Source: Desulfurivibrionaceae bacterium | GTDB lineage: Bacteria; Desulfobacterota; Desulfobulbia; Desulfobulbales; VMSU01 | Direction of reading: 5' to 3' | Length of the DNA: 64,000 nucleotides | NCBI GenBank assembly: GCA_030145275.1 | Contig: JAQYVV010000006.1 | Coordinates: forward strand, 8,000-71,999 | In this document: positions 55,983-64,000 of the stretch, one piece after another | Position numbering within the stretch: the first letter of the stretch is position 1 | How the letters are laid out: each line of letters starts with the position of its first letter | The notes under the pieces: generated by a model | What the model saw: only the letters and a program-made list of their open reading frames with translations | Database searches by the model: none | Told to the model about the DNA's origin: nothing | Program-made: the position numbers and the translations under genes

Positions 55983-57131
55983 TTAGGTAAGCTGCACGCC
56001 TTTGCTCTCTTCTAAAATTTGGATGCATTCATCCACAATACGTTTTGCTGCCTCAGGTTGCGCCAAACTGCCTGAATTTGCGGCCATCTCTTGCCGCTTC
56101 TTTCTATTCACACAAAGGTCGGCTATATGCTCAGCAAGCACTGTTCGATCTAATTCCTTTTGGCTAAACATCAGAGCTGCGCCACCTTTCACCAAAAACT
56201 CAGCATTTTTCGTCTGATGATCATCGGCGGCGTATGGATAAGGGACCAAAACAGCAGGTTTCCCTAGGGCGGTGAGCTCGGCCAAGGTAGTTGCTCCAGC
56301 CCTGCAGACCAATAAATCAGCCTTATTTATAATCTCTGCCATATTGTCAAAAAAGGCTTCAGCACGAGCAACTATCCCAGCCTCTTTGTAAGCTTCCACA
56401 ACCATTTGCTGATCGGCTAAACCAGTCTGGTGGATCACTTCGAATTCAAAAGAGTGGTCTTTCTTTAAATCTGCCAAAGCTTCGGGGAGCAAACAATTTA
56501 ATTGGTGGGCGCCAAGACTGCCGCCAATGACTGCCAAAGTTATAATTTTCGTCTTACCAGCTTCAGCTACATCACCTTTTTTATATTTTCGCAGAGCCAG
56601 AAACTCTTTTCGGATGGGATTTCCGAGCAAAGAACAGTCAGCCTTGAAATATTTCTCACTTCCTGGAATAGATAAAAACACCCTATCTACATACTTGCCG
56701 AGTTTTAGATTTGCCATGCCCGGCACTGAATTTTGCTCATGGATACAGCTTGTAATGCCAAGATATTTAGCTGTCAACACAACCGGTCCGGTTACATAAC
56801 CACCTACGCCAAAAACCAAATCTGGTTTAAATCTTTTAATAATTCTCATTGACTCAAACAAAGCAAAAGGCATCGAAATGAGGGTTTTCAACTTGGAAAG
56901 CAGAGTCCCTCCCTTTAAACCTCCGCAGTTAATAATCTCTGTTTCGTACCCTTTTCCAGACAAGGCACGCTTATCCATTGTCCTGCCGGCACCAATAAAA
57001 AGAATCCGGCAGCCTGCAAAGCGGCTCTTGAATTCCTCGGCAACGGCAATAGCTGGGAAAAGATGTCCTCCTGTGCCTCCGCCAGTAACAATTATTTTCA
57101 AATTGTCTTTTTTAGGTATATTTGTTTTCAA
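55983..57131 (-). CDS. murG: Undecaprenyl-PP-MurNAc-pentapeptide GlcNAc transferase
   Basis: IIVTGGGTGGHLFPAIAVA. The start is uncertain: TTG at 57131 or at 57101. The ORF upstream of that overlaps murD in another frame. Confidence 0.88.
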   Translation of the reverse strand: MKTNIPKKDNLKIIVTGGGTGGHLFPAIAVAEEFKSRFAGCRILFIGAGRTMDKRALSGKGYETEIINCGGLKGGTLLSKLKTLISMPFALFESMRIIKRFKPDLVFGVGGYVTGPVVLTAKYLGITSCIHEQNSVPGMANLKLGKYVDRVFLSIPGSEKYFKADCSLLGNPIRKEFLALRKYKKGDVAEAGKTKIITLAVIGGSLGAHQLNCLLPEALADLKKDHSFEFEVIHQTGLADQQMVVEAYKEAGIVARAEAFFDNMAEIINKADLLVCRAGATTLAELTALGKPAVLVPYPYAADDHQTKNAEFLVKGGAALMFSQKELDRTVLAEHIADLCVNRKKRQEMAANSGSLAQPEAAKRIVDECIQILEESKGVQLT

Positions 57132-57165
57132 AATAGTCTCATTTAGGAATAAGCGCTGGCGGTTC

Positions 57166-58614
57166 TTAGCCCTCTCTCCTTGCCATCTCACCCACACAAT
57201 CTGCAAAGCATCTGCCACGTGCGGCGTAACTTTCAAACATATCAAAACTGGCACATGCTGGTGACAAGAGAACGGTATCGCCAGGTGCCGCAATTTTATG
57301 GGCTTTGCGAACTGCGCCTTGCAAAGAATCAAACAGTTCAATTTGTGTTAATCCAGAAAATGATTCAGCCATTTTATCCTTTGCTTCACCGATGAGAAAA
57401 AGCGCTTTCACCTTCCGCTTCACTTCCTTTTTCAAGGGAGAATAATCTCCACCCTTGTCTCGCCCTCCAGCAATTAGGAGAACCTCCCCCTGGATTGACT
57501 CCAATGCACTTTGTACAGCACCCACGTTGGTAGCCTTGGAATCATCAATGTAGGTTACTCCATCAATTTCATCCACAAATGTGAGCCGATGAGGCAGAGG
57601 GTTGAAACTGGCCAACCCCTTTTTAATTCCATCCAGATCGCATCCCATTGATACCGCAGCCAAAATTGCGGCACCACTGTTTTCTAAATTTGGCGATTCT
57701 CTCAGCCTGGTTGTTGATAGATCTACAAGCTCCTCCTCTCTGGAGGTATCAGCAAACACCAGTTTAACTTTTTTATCCTGCAGCACAGCGCCCTTTTGGA
57801 AAGCACCACTTCTTCCGTAAAAAAGAACACTCCTCTCCTCCCACCCGTGCCTTAAACTGGTTTTATTTTCTATATATTTCTGGGCCTCAAAATCATCCGC
57901 ATTGATGATTGAGACATCTGTTCCCTGCTGGTTTTGGAATATGCTGTATTTCGACAGGGCATATTCTTGAAAAGATTCGTACCGGTCAAGATGGTCTTGG
58001 CTAATATTTAAGAGAACAGCCACTTCCGGTTTTAAATTACCTGCGGTATCGAGCTGGAAACTGCTAATTTCCAGAATAACCGCATCCATATCTTGGGCTC
58101 CTGCCAGATAATCAGTTAACGGTGTGCCAATATTTCCGCCAACAAACACCTTTTTGCCGCAGGACCTAAATATATCCCCTAAAAGGGTGGTAACCGTTGT
58201 CTTGCCATTTGTACCAGTAACTGCAAGCATTGGAGTTTTCAAATAGTTAGAGGCAAGGCTCATTTCCCCCACCACTGGCACGCCCTTACTTCGCACTGCA
58301 ATCAACACCTCTGAGTCAAGCGGCACACCAGGACTTACCAGAACCAAATCTGCTGTATCAAAAAGTTTTCTGCTATGCCCTCCCGATTCCAGATGAACTC
58401 CTATTTTTTTTAGTTCCTGGCAACGCTCCTGATCCAACTTAGCATAAGGGGCCGCATCTGAAACCGACACTCTGGCCCCAAGCTGTAGGCAGAATTTTGC
58501 GGCTGACAAACCTGATTTACCAAGCCCCACAACAATGACATGCTCATCTACACCAATGACAACCTGCCGCAAACTAGAAACTGCGACATTTTTTGCTGGT
58601 TTTTCAAAATTCAT
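57166..58614 (-). CDS. murD: UDP-N-acetylmuramoylalanine--D-glutamate ligase
   Basis: VVGLGKSGLSAAKF, VTGTNGKTTVTTL. Confidence 0.93.
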   Translation of the reverse strand: MNFEKPAKNVAVSSLRQVVIGVDEHVIVVGLGKSGLSAAKFCLQLGARVSVSDAAPYAKLDQERCQELKKIGVHLESGGHSRKLFDTADLVLVSPGVPLDSEVLIAVRSKGVPVVGEMSLASNYLKTPMLAVTGTNGKTTVTTLLGDIFRSCGKKVFVGGNIGTPLTDYLAGAQDMDAVILEISSFQLDTAGNLKPEVAVLLNISQDHLDRYESFQEYALSKYSIFQNQQGTDVSIINADDFEAQKYIENKTSLRHGWEERSVLFYGRSGAFQKGAVLQDKKVKLVFADTSREEELVDLSTTRLRESPNLENSGAAILAAVSMGCDLDGIKKGLASFNPLPHRLTFVDEIDGVTYIDDSKATNVGAVQSALESIQGEVLLIAGGRDKGGDYSPLKKEVKRKVKALFLIGEAKDKMAESFSGLTQIELFDSLQGAVRKAHKIAAPGDTVLLSPACASFDMFESYAARGRCFADCVGEMARREG

Positions 58615-58627
58615 AACTGACCAAGCA

Positions 58628-59707
58628 TTATCTCAGTTTGAGAGTAGCAAGAGCTGACAGTCCAAGGATTATGGAGACAATCCAAAACCTGACTACTATT
58701 TTAGGTTCATGCCAGCCTTTCTTTTCATAATGGTGATGAAATGGGGCCATCAAAAATATCCTCTTGCCGCCACTTACTTTGAAAAATCCAACCTGCATAA
58801 TGACAGACAAGGCCTCCATCACAAAAATACCTCCAACCAGGGCAAGAAGTATTTCCTGTTTAATGATTATTGCCACCGTGCCAATTGAGGCGCCAAGAGC
58901 AAGAGAACCCGTATCTCCCATAAAGATCTGGGCCGGGAAGGTATTAAACCATAGAAACCCCAGGCTCGCCCCAACCATGGCCCCACAAAAAATCGCCACC
59001 TCACCTGCTCCAGCAACGTAAGGGATCTGCAGGTACGAGGAAAGAAGTGCGTGGCCTGCCAGATATGAAAAAACCAAATAAACAGCACTGCTGGTCACAG
59101 TGGGACCAGTGGCCAGTCCATCCAACCCGTCTGTCAGATTGACCGCATTCGAGGATCCGACAATAACCAGTAGAGCAAACAGAATATAGCCACTTCCCAA
59201 ATCAGGCCTGAAATCCTTAAAAAAAGGCAGGCTAAGCTGACCGCCAAGATCGGATATATTATAGATAAACACCGCAGCAATTGTGCCCCCAATAATTTGC
59301 AGACATAATTTCCAGCGCGCACTAAGTCCTTTGCTATTATTCTTTTTTATTTTCCTAAAATCGTCATAACTGCCAATTGCAGCAAACCACAAAGCAACTG
59401 CCAGCAAGATCCATACATATATGTTGACAAGGTTAACCCACAATAAGGTAGTCAGCACCATGACGCCGATAATCATCGCCCCACCCATGGTGGGAACTCC
59501 CTCTTTGCTAAAATGGCTTTCCGGCCCATCTTCTCGTATCACCTGACCTATTTTATACTGCCGCAGCCTTCGTATAAACCAGGGCGTCAGGAAAACAACG
59601 AGCAGGAAAGAGGTTACAATGGCCCCGACACACCTAAAAGTAATGTATCGAAAGACATTAAAAACCCCAAACAGGTCGTTAAGTGGAAAAAGAAAATGAT
59701 AAAACAT
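58628..59707 (-). CDS. mraY: Phospho-N-acetylmuramoyl-pentapeptide transferase
   Basis: GVPTMGG, NAVNLTDGLDGLA, and a polytopic membrane profile. Confidence 0.95.
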   Translation of the reverse strand: MFYHFLFPLNDLFGVFNVFRYITFRCVGAIVTSFLLVVFLTPWFIRRLRQYKIGQVIREDGPESHFSKEGVPTMGGAMIIGVMVLTTLLWVNLVNIYVWILLAVALWFAAIGSYDDFRKIKKNNSKGLSARWKLCLQIIGGTIAAVFIYNISDLGGQLSLPFFKDFRPDLGSGYILFALLVIVGSSNAVNLTDGLDGLATGPTVTSSAVYLVFSYLAGHALLSSYLQIPYVAGAGEVAIFCGAMVGASLGFLWFNTFPAQIFMGDTGSLALGASIGTVAIIIKQEILLALVGGIFVMEALSVIMQVGFFKVSGGKRIFLMAPFHHHYEKKGWHEPKIVVRFWIVSIILGLSALATLKLR

Positions 59708-59760
59708 TGATTAAGTTTGTCCTGTTCCGGTTAAACTTCGTTTATTTACGTTCAATAATG

Positions 59761-59912
59761 GTAACTATTCAGCTGCGCCTCATCTGCGCCCGATCAGGAC
59801 GGCCAGCATACTTATGTATAGCTGACCGGCCTGATCGAACACATCTAAGGCACATCTGAACAGTTACGCTTGGGAGTTTACCCATGTTATGCAATTCTCT
59901 CTGAATAGTTAC
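59761..59912. repeat. Type B repeat plus extra terminus, between murF and mraY
   Basis: GTAACTATTCAGCTGCGCC...GGCACATCTGAACAGTTAC, followed by ...CTCTGAATAGTTAC. Confidence 0.88.
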
Positions 59913-59966
59913 CAATAATGGTCCTAATTTCACCAACTGCAGACTCGATGTCATTTTGCCACTTCT

Positions 59967-61475
59967 TCAAAGCAGCAGGCGCTCCATAAAAGTCTCCATC
60001 CGCATACCACGTGACCCCTTAAACAAAATAAGATCTCCCTTTTGCACAAGTTGATCACTGACAAGCTGCTCCAAACTCTCTGCCAAAGCATCTCTGTCGC
60101 TAAACGAAAGCGCCTTGTCCTCAGGCATCCCGGCAAGCCTGGCAGCTTCTACCATGATTTTTGAATACTCACCTATGGCAAGCAGATAATTAAAATCATT
60201 GCCGGCCACCATCGCCCCTATTTCCTGATGAGCTTCCAAGCTATAGTCCCCCAACTCCAGCATATCACCCAATACAGCCACGACTTTAACTCCTTCCCTC
60301 ATGCCGCTTATAGTTTCGATGGCAGCCCGCATTGAAGCCGGGTTTGCATTATAGGAATCGTTGAACAACAGAATGCCCCTTGAATTTGTACATATTTCAA
60401 GACGTTTAGTGGTTGCTTCAAAATTTTCCAATCCGGAGATTATATCTGTACAGCTCACCCCAACCGCATGAGCCATGGCGGCGGCAGCCAGACAGTTGCT
60501 GACATTATGCAAACCAAGCGCCTTTATTGAGAGCTGCCCCATTTCATCGCCGATATGCAGGTTAAAAAGCATACCCCTAACACCCTGATTGACAATATTG
60601 CTTGCCCGGACAAAGGATCCCTTCTTCAGTCCGAATGTAATCTTTGTACCCTGGGCTACCTCAGAGAGAGCTGCCACCCTTTTGTCATCAAGGTTAACAA
60701 TCACTTTGGCGCCAGCAGAACAGCCCCGGAAAAGTTCCCCCTTTGCTCGCGCCACCCCTTCAATGCTACCTAGCCCAGCTATATGGGCACTATGAACATT
60801 CAAGATACATGCGACATCCGGGTTTGCAATTTCCGTCAGCCTGGCAATCTCACCTTCCCTATTCATGCCCATTTCCAAAAGAGCAAATTCATGGCAATAA
60901 TTGGCAGGAAGCAGGGACAGCGGCAGACCAATAAGATTGTTAAAATTGCCTTTTGTTTTAATGACCTCACCTTGGTGTTCCAAGATAGCTGCGGTCATCT
61001 CTTTAACCGTGGTTTTACCTGAGCTTCCAGTAATCCCTATAACTTTAATATCTTTCAGCAGCCGGCGTCTGTATTTTGCCAGTTCACCCAAGGCATACAG
61101 AGAATCGGAAACGATTATACATGGAGCGGAAATCTTTTTTTCAGGTACCTTTTCGGTAATAATACAGGCGGCCCCTTTTTTTATCGCCTCATGGACATAA
61201 TTAGCCCCATCAAAAGTTTCACCATTCAAGGCAAGAAATATATCTCCTGGTTTTATTGTCCTGGTATCAGTTGAGATTGACCCAAAAGCACCCTGACTCT
61301 CACCATACAAAAGTCGTCCATGGCATGCCTTTAACAGCTCTTCCAATGTCCAGGATGGGCTTTGCAAAACCGCACAACCCAAGCCGATTCCCCCCTCAGG
61401 AAACATTGCTACCTCCGGCATCTTGCATCTTTGAATCATTTCCGCTTCCATCACAAGTTCTTCCTGGCATCTCAC
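59967..61475 (-). CDS. murF: UDP-MurNAc-tripeptide--D-alanyl-D-alanine ligase
   Basis: IGITGSSGKTTVKEM. The GTG start overlaps the murE stop (GTGA). Confidence 0.9.
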   Translation of the reverse strand: MRCQEELVMEAEMIQRCKMPEVAMFPEGGIGLGCAVLQSPSWTLEELLKACHGRLLYGESQGAFGSISTDTRTIKPGDIFLALNGETFDGANYVHEAIKKGAACIITEKVPEKKISAPCIIVSDSLYALGELAKYRRRLLKDIKVIGITGSSGKTTVKEMTAAILEHQGEVIKTKGNFNNLIGLPLSLLPANYCHEFALLEMGMNREGEIARLTEIANPDVACILNVHSAHIAGLGSIEGVARAKGELFRGCSAGAKVIVNLDDKRVAALSEVAQGTKITFGLKKGSFVRASNIVNQGVRGMLFNLHIGDEMGQLSIKALGLHNVSNCLAAAAMAHAVGVSCTDIISGLENFEATTKRLEICTNSRGILLFNDSYNANPASMRAAIETISGMREGVKVVAVLGDMLELGDYSLEAHQEIGAMVAGNDFNYLLAIGEYSKIMVEAARLAGMPEDKALSFSDRDALAESLEQLVSDQLVQKGDLILFKGSRGMRMETFMERLLL

Positions 61476-63091
61476 GCCGCCTGTTGATACAGTCTCTCTA
61501 ATTGCTTCCTGGCCTCTATCCTGTCATCAAAAAAAACTGTGCCCTCGGCGCTTATCTGATAATTTTCATGCCCTTTGCCAGCCAAAAGGACAACGTCATC
61601 TTTTAGCGCCATGGACACAGCATATTTTATGGCCTCCCCCCTGTCAGTAATCAGGAGATATCCTTTACTACTATTTGACAATTCATCTATTTTTTCTACT
61701 CCCGATGCAACAACACCTTTTTCAATTGCAGCCATTATTTCAACAGGAGATTCTGTCCTTGAATTATCTGAGGTTAGCACAACAACATCAGCCAAATAGC
61801 CGGCAACCTCTCCCATGGTATACCTTTTTCCAGTATCCCGGTCCCCGCCACAGCCAAAAACGACTATAATTCTACCTTCGCTAAGCTGACGCATTGTTTG
61901 CAGAACGTTTTTCAAGGCATCAGGAGTATGAGCATAATCAACAAAAACAGAACATCCAGGCTTTGAACCATCCTGCTTTTTCTCTTCACAAACTGTGGCA
62001 AGCCTGACTCTTTCAAGTCTGCCAGGGACATCTTTCAGTTCTGATATTCCTTTACTTATTAAATCACTTGCTATGCCCAAGCCTAAACCAGCCCCAACCG
62101 CTGCCAAAATATTTTTCAGATTGAAATCGCCCACCAGACTGCTTTTAATGGAAATCGCCTGCCCTTGAAAAACAGCACTCGCTGCAGTTCCCATCAAACC
62201 GCATGAAAAATCTGTTACATGCAGATCATTGGATGCGGCCAAACCACAGGAAAAAATCTCAAAAGTTGACTCTGCTTTTCCATGCTCTACCTGCAACTCC
62301 TGGATCATCGTGCTGCCCCAGTCAACCTCCCCGCTCTCTTTATGATCACTTCTGCCACAAAAAATAAAGGCCTTGCCGTTTTTCTTAACATAGCTTTGAA
62401 ACAACACTTTTTTTGCTTCAAAGTAATCCCTCATTGTGCCGTGAAAATCGAGATGATCTCTGCTTAGATTTGTGAACAGTACTAGATCAAATTTTAAGCC
62501 ATATATGCGTTTCTGGACCAGCGAATGAGATGATACCTCCATGACAAGATGGGTAACACCATCTTGAACCATTTCCCTAAGCAACTTTTGCAGAATTACA
62601 GGTTCTGGAGTTGTGAACGGAGCAGGGTGCTCCTTGCCATTGAATCGATAATTGACTGTGCCGATAACCCCGGGATTGTACCCCCCGGAACGGATAATGG
62701 ATTCCAGCAGATAAGTTGTGGTTGTTTTGCCATTCGTTCCGGTTATGCCGACGAGAATTAATTCTTTGGCAGGATTGTCATAAAAGGCGGCAGCTATCTC
62801 TGACAAGACCTCTCGGCTGTCTTGCACTTCCACAAAGAGGGCATCATTTTCAAAACTGCACCCTTTTTCTCCAACAACAGCAACACAACCTTTTTTCAGG
62901 GCCTCTTGAATATAATTATGCCCATCAGTACTGCTACCTGCAATAGCTACAAATAACGCCCCAGGCACAACCTTGCGGGAATCAGTTTCTATTGCAGTTA
63001 CTTCTCTATCACCTATGTCACCTATCAAGCGGCAATTAACTTCAGCCAGTAAGGTAGAAATCTTTTTGGCCCTTTCGGTGATCTCAGGCAT
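61472..63091 (-). CDS. murE: UDP-MurNAc-L-Ala-D-Glu--2,6-diaminopimelate ligase
   Basis: VGITGTNGKTTTTYL, and TSDNSRTE (a DNPR-like motif). Confidence 0.93.
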   Translation of the reverse strand: MPEITERAKKISTLLAEVNCRLIGDIGDREVTAIETDSRKVVPGALFVAIAGSSTDGHNYIQEALKKGCVAVVGEKGCSFENDALFVEVQDSREVLSEIAAAFYDNPAKELILVGITGTNGKTTTTYLLESIIRSGGYNPGVIGTVNYRFNGKEHPAPFTTPEPVILQKLLREMVQDGVTHLVMEVSSHSLVQKRIYGLKFDLVLFTNLSRDHLDFHGTMRDYFEAKKVLFQSYVKKNGKAFIFCGRSDHKESGEVDWGSTMIQELQVEHGKAESTFEIFSCGLAASNDLHVTDFSCGLMGTAASAVFQGQAISIKSSLVGDFNLKNILAAVGAGLGLGIASDLISKGISELKDVPGRLERVRLATVCEEKKQDGSKPGCSVFVDYAHTPDALKNVLQTMRQLSEGRIIVVFGCGGDRDTGKRYTMGEVAGYLADVVVLTSDNSRTESPVEIMAAIEKGVVASGVEKIDELSNSSKGYLLITDRGEAIKYAVSMALKDDVVLLAGKGHENYQISAEGTVFFDDRIEARKQLERLYQQAA

Positions 63092-63121
63092 ATGGAACCC
63101 TCAACTTTATTTAGCCCCCCT

Positions 63122-63141
63122 CGGAGTCCATCGCTTACCTG
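63122..63141. repeat. Fragment of a type A repeat module
   Basis: CGGAGTCCATCGCTTACCTG compared with CGGAGTCTTCGCTTACCTG in 21498-21722. Confidence 0.5.
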
Positions 63142-63203
63142 AGGAGGATAAGTGCCTTTACGAAAAAACAATGGAAGAAATTGAGAAATAAATCCCTAAA
63201 GCA

Positions 63204-64000
63204 CTAATTATCAACTTTCAACTTAAGGACACAATCACTCATCTCCTTCAACGTTGTTCCAGGCGCCGGGTGCTGGGATACAACACGGCCACTTCCCTCA
63301 ACCCTTATTCTCAGGTTATAATTCTGCAACACCTGCAAGGCCTTCCTGAAACTGAGATTCAACACCGAAGGCATCTCTTGGACCTGACTATTTTTTGAGA
63401 TTTCCCTGGTATCACTCGTGGCGTACAGCCTACTCCATTTTTCGTACAGCTCCTTCTCCTGCAAGCGCATATCAGGAACTTTATCAATCTTATTGGAGAC
63501 ATATACTTTCAAGCCTTTTTTAAGGATTTGGCTTGTGGTCGATTGCAGTTTTGAATAACTGCTTAAATCTGCCAGCATACCGTCAACAACCATTATCATG
63601 GAGAGCTCCGGGTTCAAGGAAGGAACAGCACCAAGAATAACATTTTGACTTCGAGGTGTTTGCTGAATGTCGACAAGCTCTGCCTGTTCCGCAGGCAGAG
63701 CTTTATCTTGACTAAATTCAAGCCCCTGCTCTTGAGCCTCATCTTTTTCCACGATAAGAGTCTCAAATATCACCTCACTCTTTTGGGGCTCTGCTGACAA
63801 GGCATGAATCAACTTGATAAAGTTTCTGTTTGAATCTACTTTTTGCTCAATTAATCCCTGTTCAAAAGAGGCAGATATTTTCTCCCCCCGTTGCTCAAAC
63901 CAAATTTCTTTCAGTACGTGGGGAACAACTCTTTTGCCTTGGTTAATGAGTCGATTAAAAGCAACCAGGGTCTGTAATCCCGTGGCTGAGGCATTTAAAT
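63204..64000 (-). CDS. ftsI: Penicillin-binding protein (FtsI-like transpeptidase), 3' part only, with a long linker and a C-terminal PASTA-like domain
   Basis: My hand translation shows the frame is open to the window end (...ATGLQTLVAFNRLINQGKRVVPHVLKEIW...). The C-terminus VLNLSFRKALQVLQNYNLRIRVEGSGRVVSQHPAPGTTL is PASTA-like. Its position is upstream of murE. Confidence 0.8.
   Translation of the reverse strand, partial: LNASATGLQTLVAFNRLINQGKRVVPHVLKEIWFEQRGEKISASFEQGLIEQKVDSNRNFIKLIHALSAEPQKSEVIFETLIVEKDEAQEQGLEFSQDKALPAEQAELVDIQQTPRSQNVILGAVPSLNPELSMIMVVDGMLADLSSYSKLQSTTSQILKKGLKVYVSNKIDKVPDMRLQEKELYEKWSRLYATSDTREISKNSQVQEMPSVLNLSFRKALQVLQNYNLRIRVEGSGRVVSQHPAPGTTLKEMSDCVLKLKVDN

Noticed and set aside
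57132-57341. Seventy extra N-terminal codons of the murG ORF.
   Set aside because: They overlap the 3' end of murD in another frame and precede the conserved GGGTGGH N-terminus by far too much.

Overview
This 64-kb window looks like ordinary chromosome from an anaerobic, probably Desulfobacterota-type (deltaproteobacterial) bacterium. That taxon is inferred from gene content only. I call about 47 protein-coding genes and see no rRNA, tRNA, CRISPR array or transposase gene.

Gene layout:
- Right third (48.3-64.0 kb, minus strand): a division/cell-wall (dcw) cluster, ftsI(partial)-murE-murF-mraY-murD-murG-murC-murB-ftsQ-ftsA-ftsZ. It notably has no ftsW. A radical-SAM gene and a translationally coupled histidine kinase follow it.
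- Middle (29.5-42.2 kb): housekeeping genes (hldA, yicC, remA, gmk, rlmB, an S1-domain protein, lolA, murI, queA) and a GGDEF/HDOD signalling operon.
- 42.8-45.0 kb: two modular cytochromes with 12 and 16 haem motifs.
- Left quarter (3.4-18.4 kb, minus strand): the most unusual part. Four secreted proteins sit in a row: a 6-haem cytochrome, an NHL-propeller/PKD protein, a haem-rich cytochrome with PKD domains, and a 2645-aa giant. The giant fuses a multihaem domain to seven Ig-like modules and two long parallel beta-helices. I read this as a candidate cell-surface electron-transfer/adhesion system that has no porin partner.

Other notable signals:
- A three-rhodanese lipoprotein is interrupted by one in-frame UGA that sits in the active-site loop and is followed by an fdhF-like SECIS hairpin, so it is a probable selenoprotein.
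- It lies behind a near-consensus sigma-54 promoter and next to an NtrB/NtrC-type pair.
- A dense, modular family of palindromic intergenic repeats has about 14 copies, including copies inside the dcw operon. The mismatches between their arms are polarised transitions that would be G-U pairs on one strand only.
- Heptamer (GWTGMAA) arrays sit directly after stop codons.

All calls rest on reading the translated ORFs and the DNA by eye; no database search was possible.
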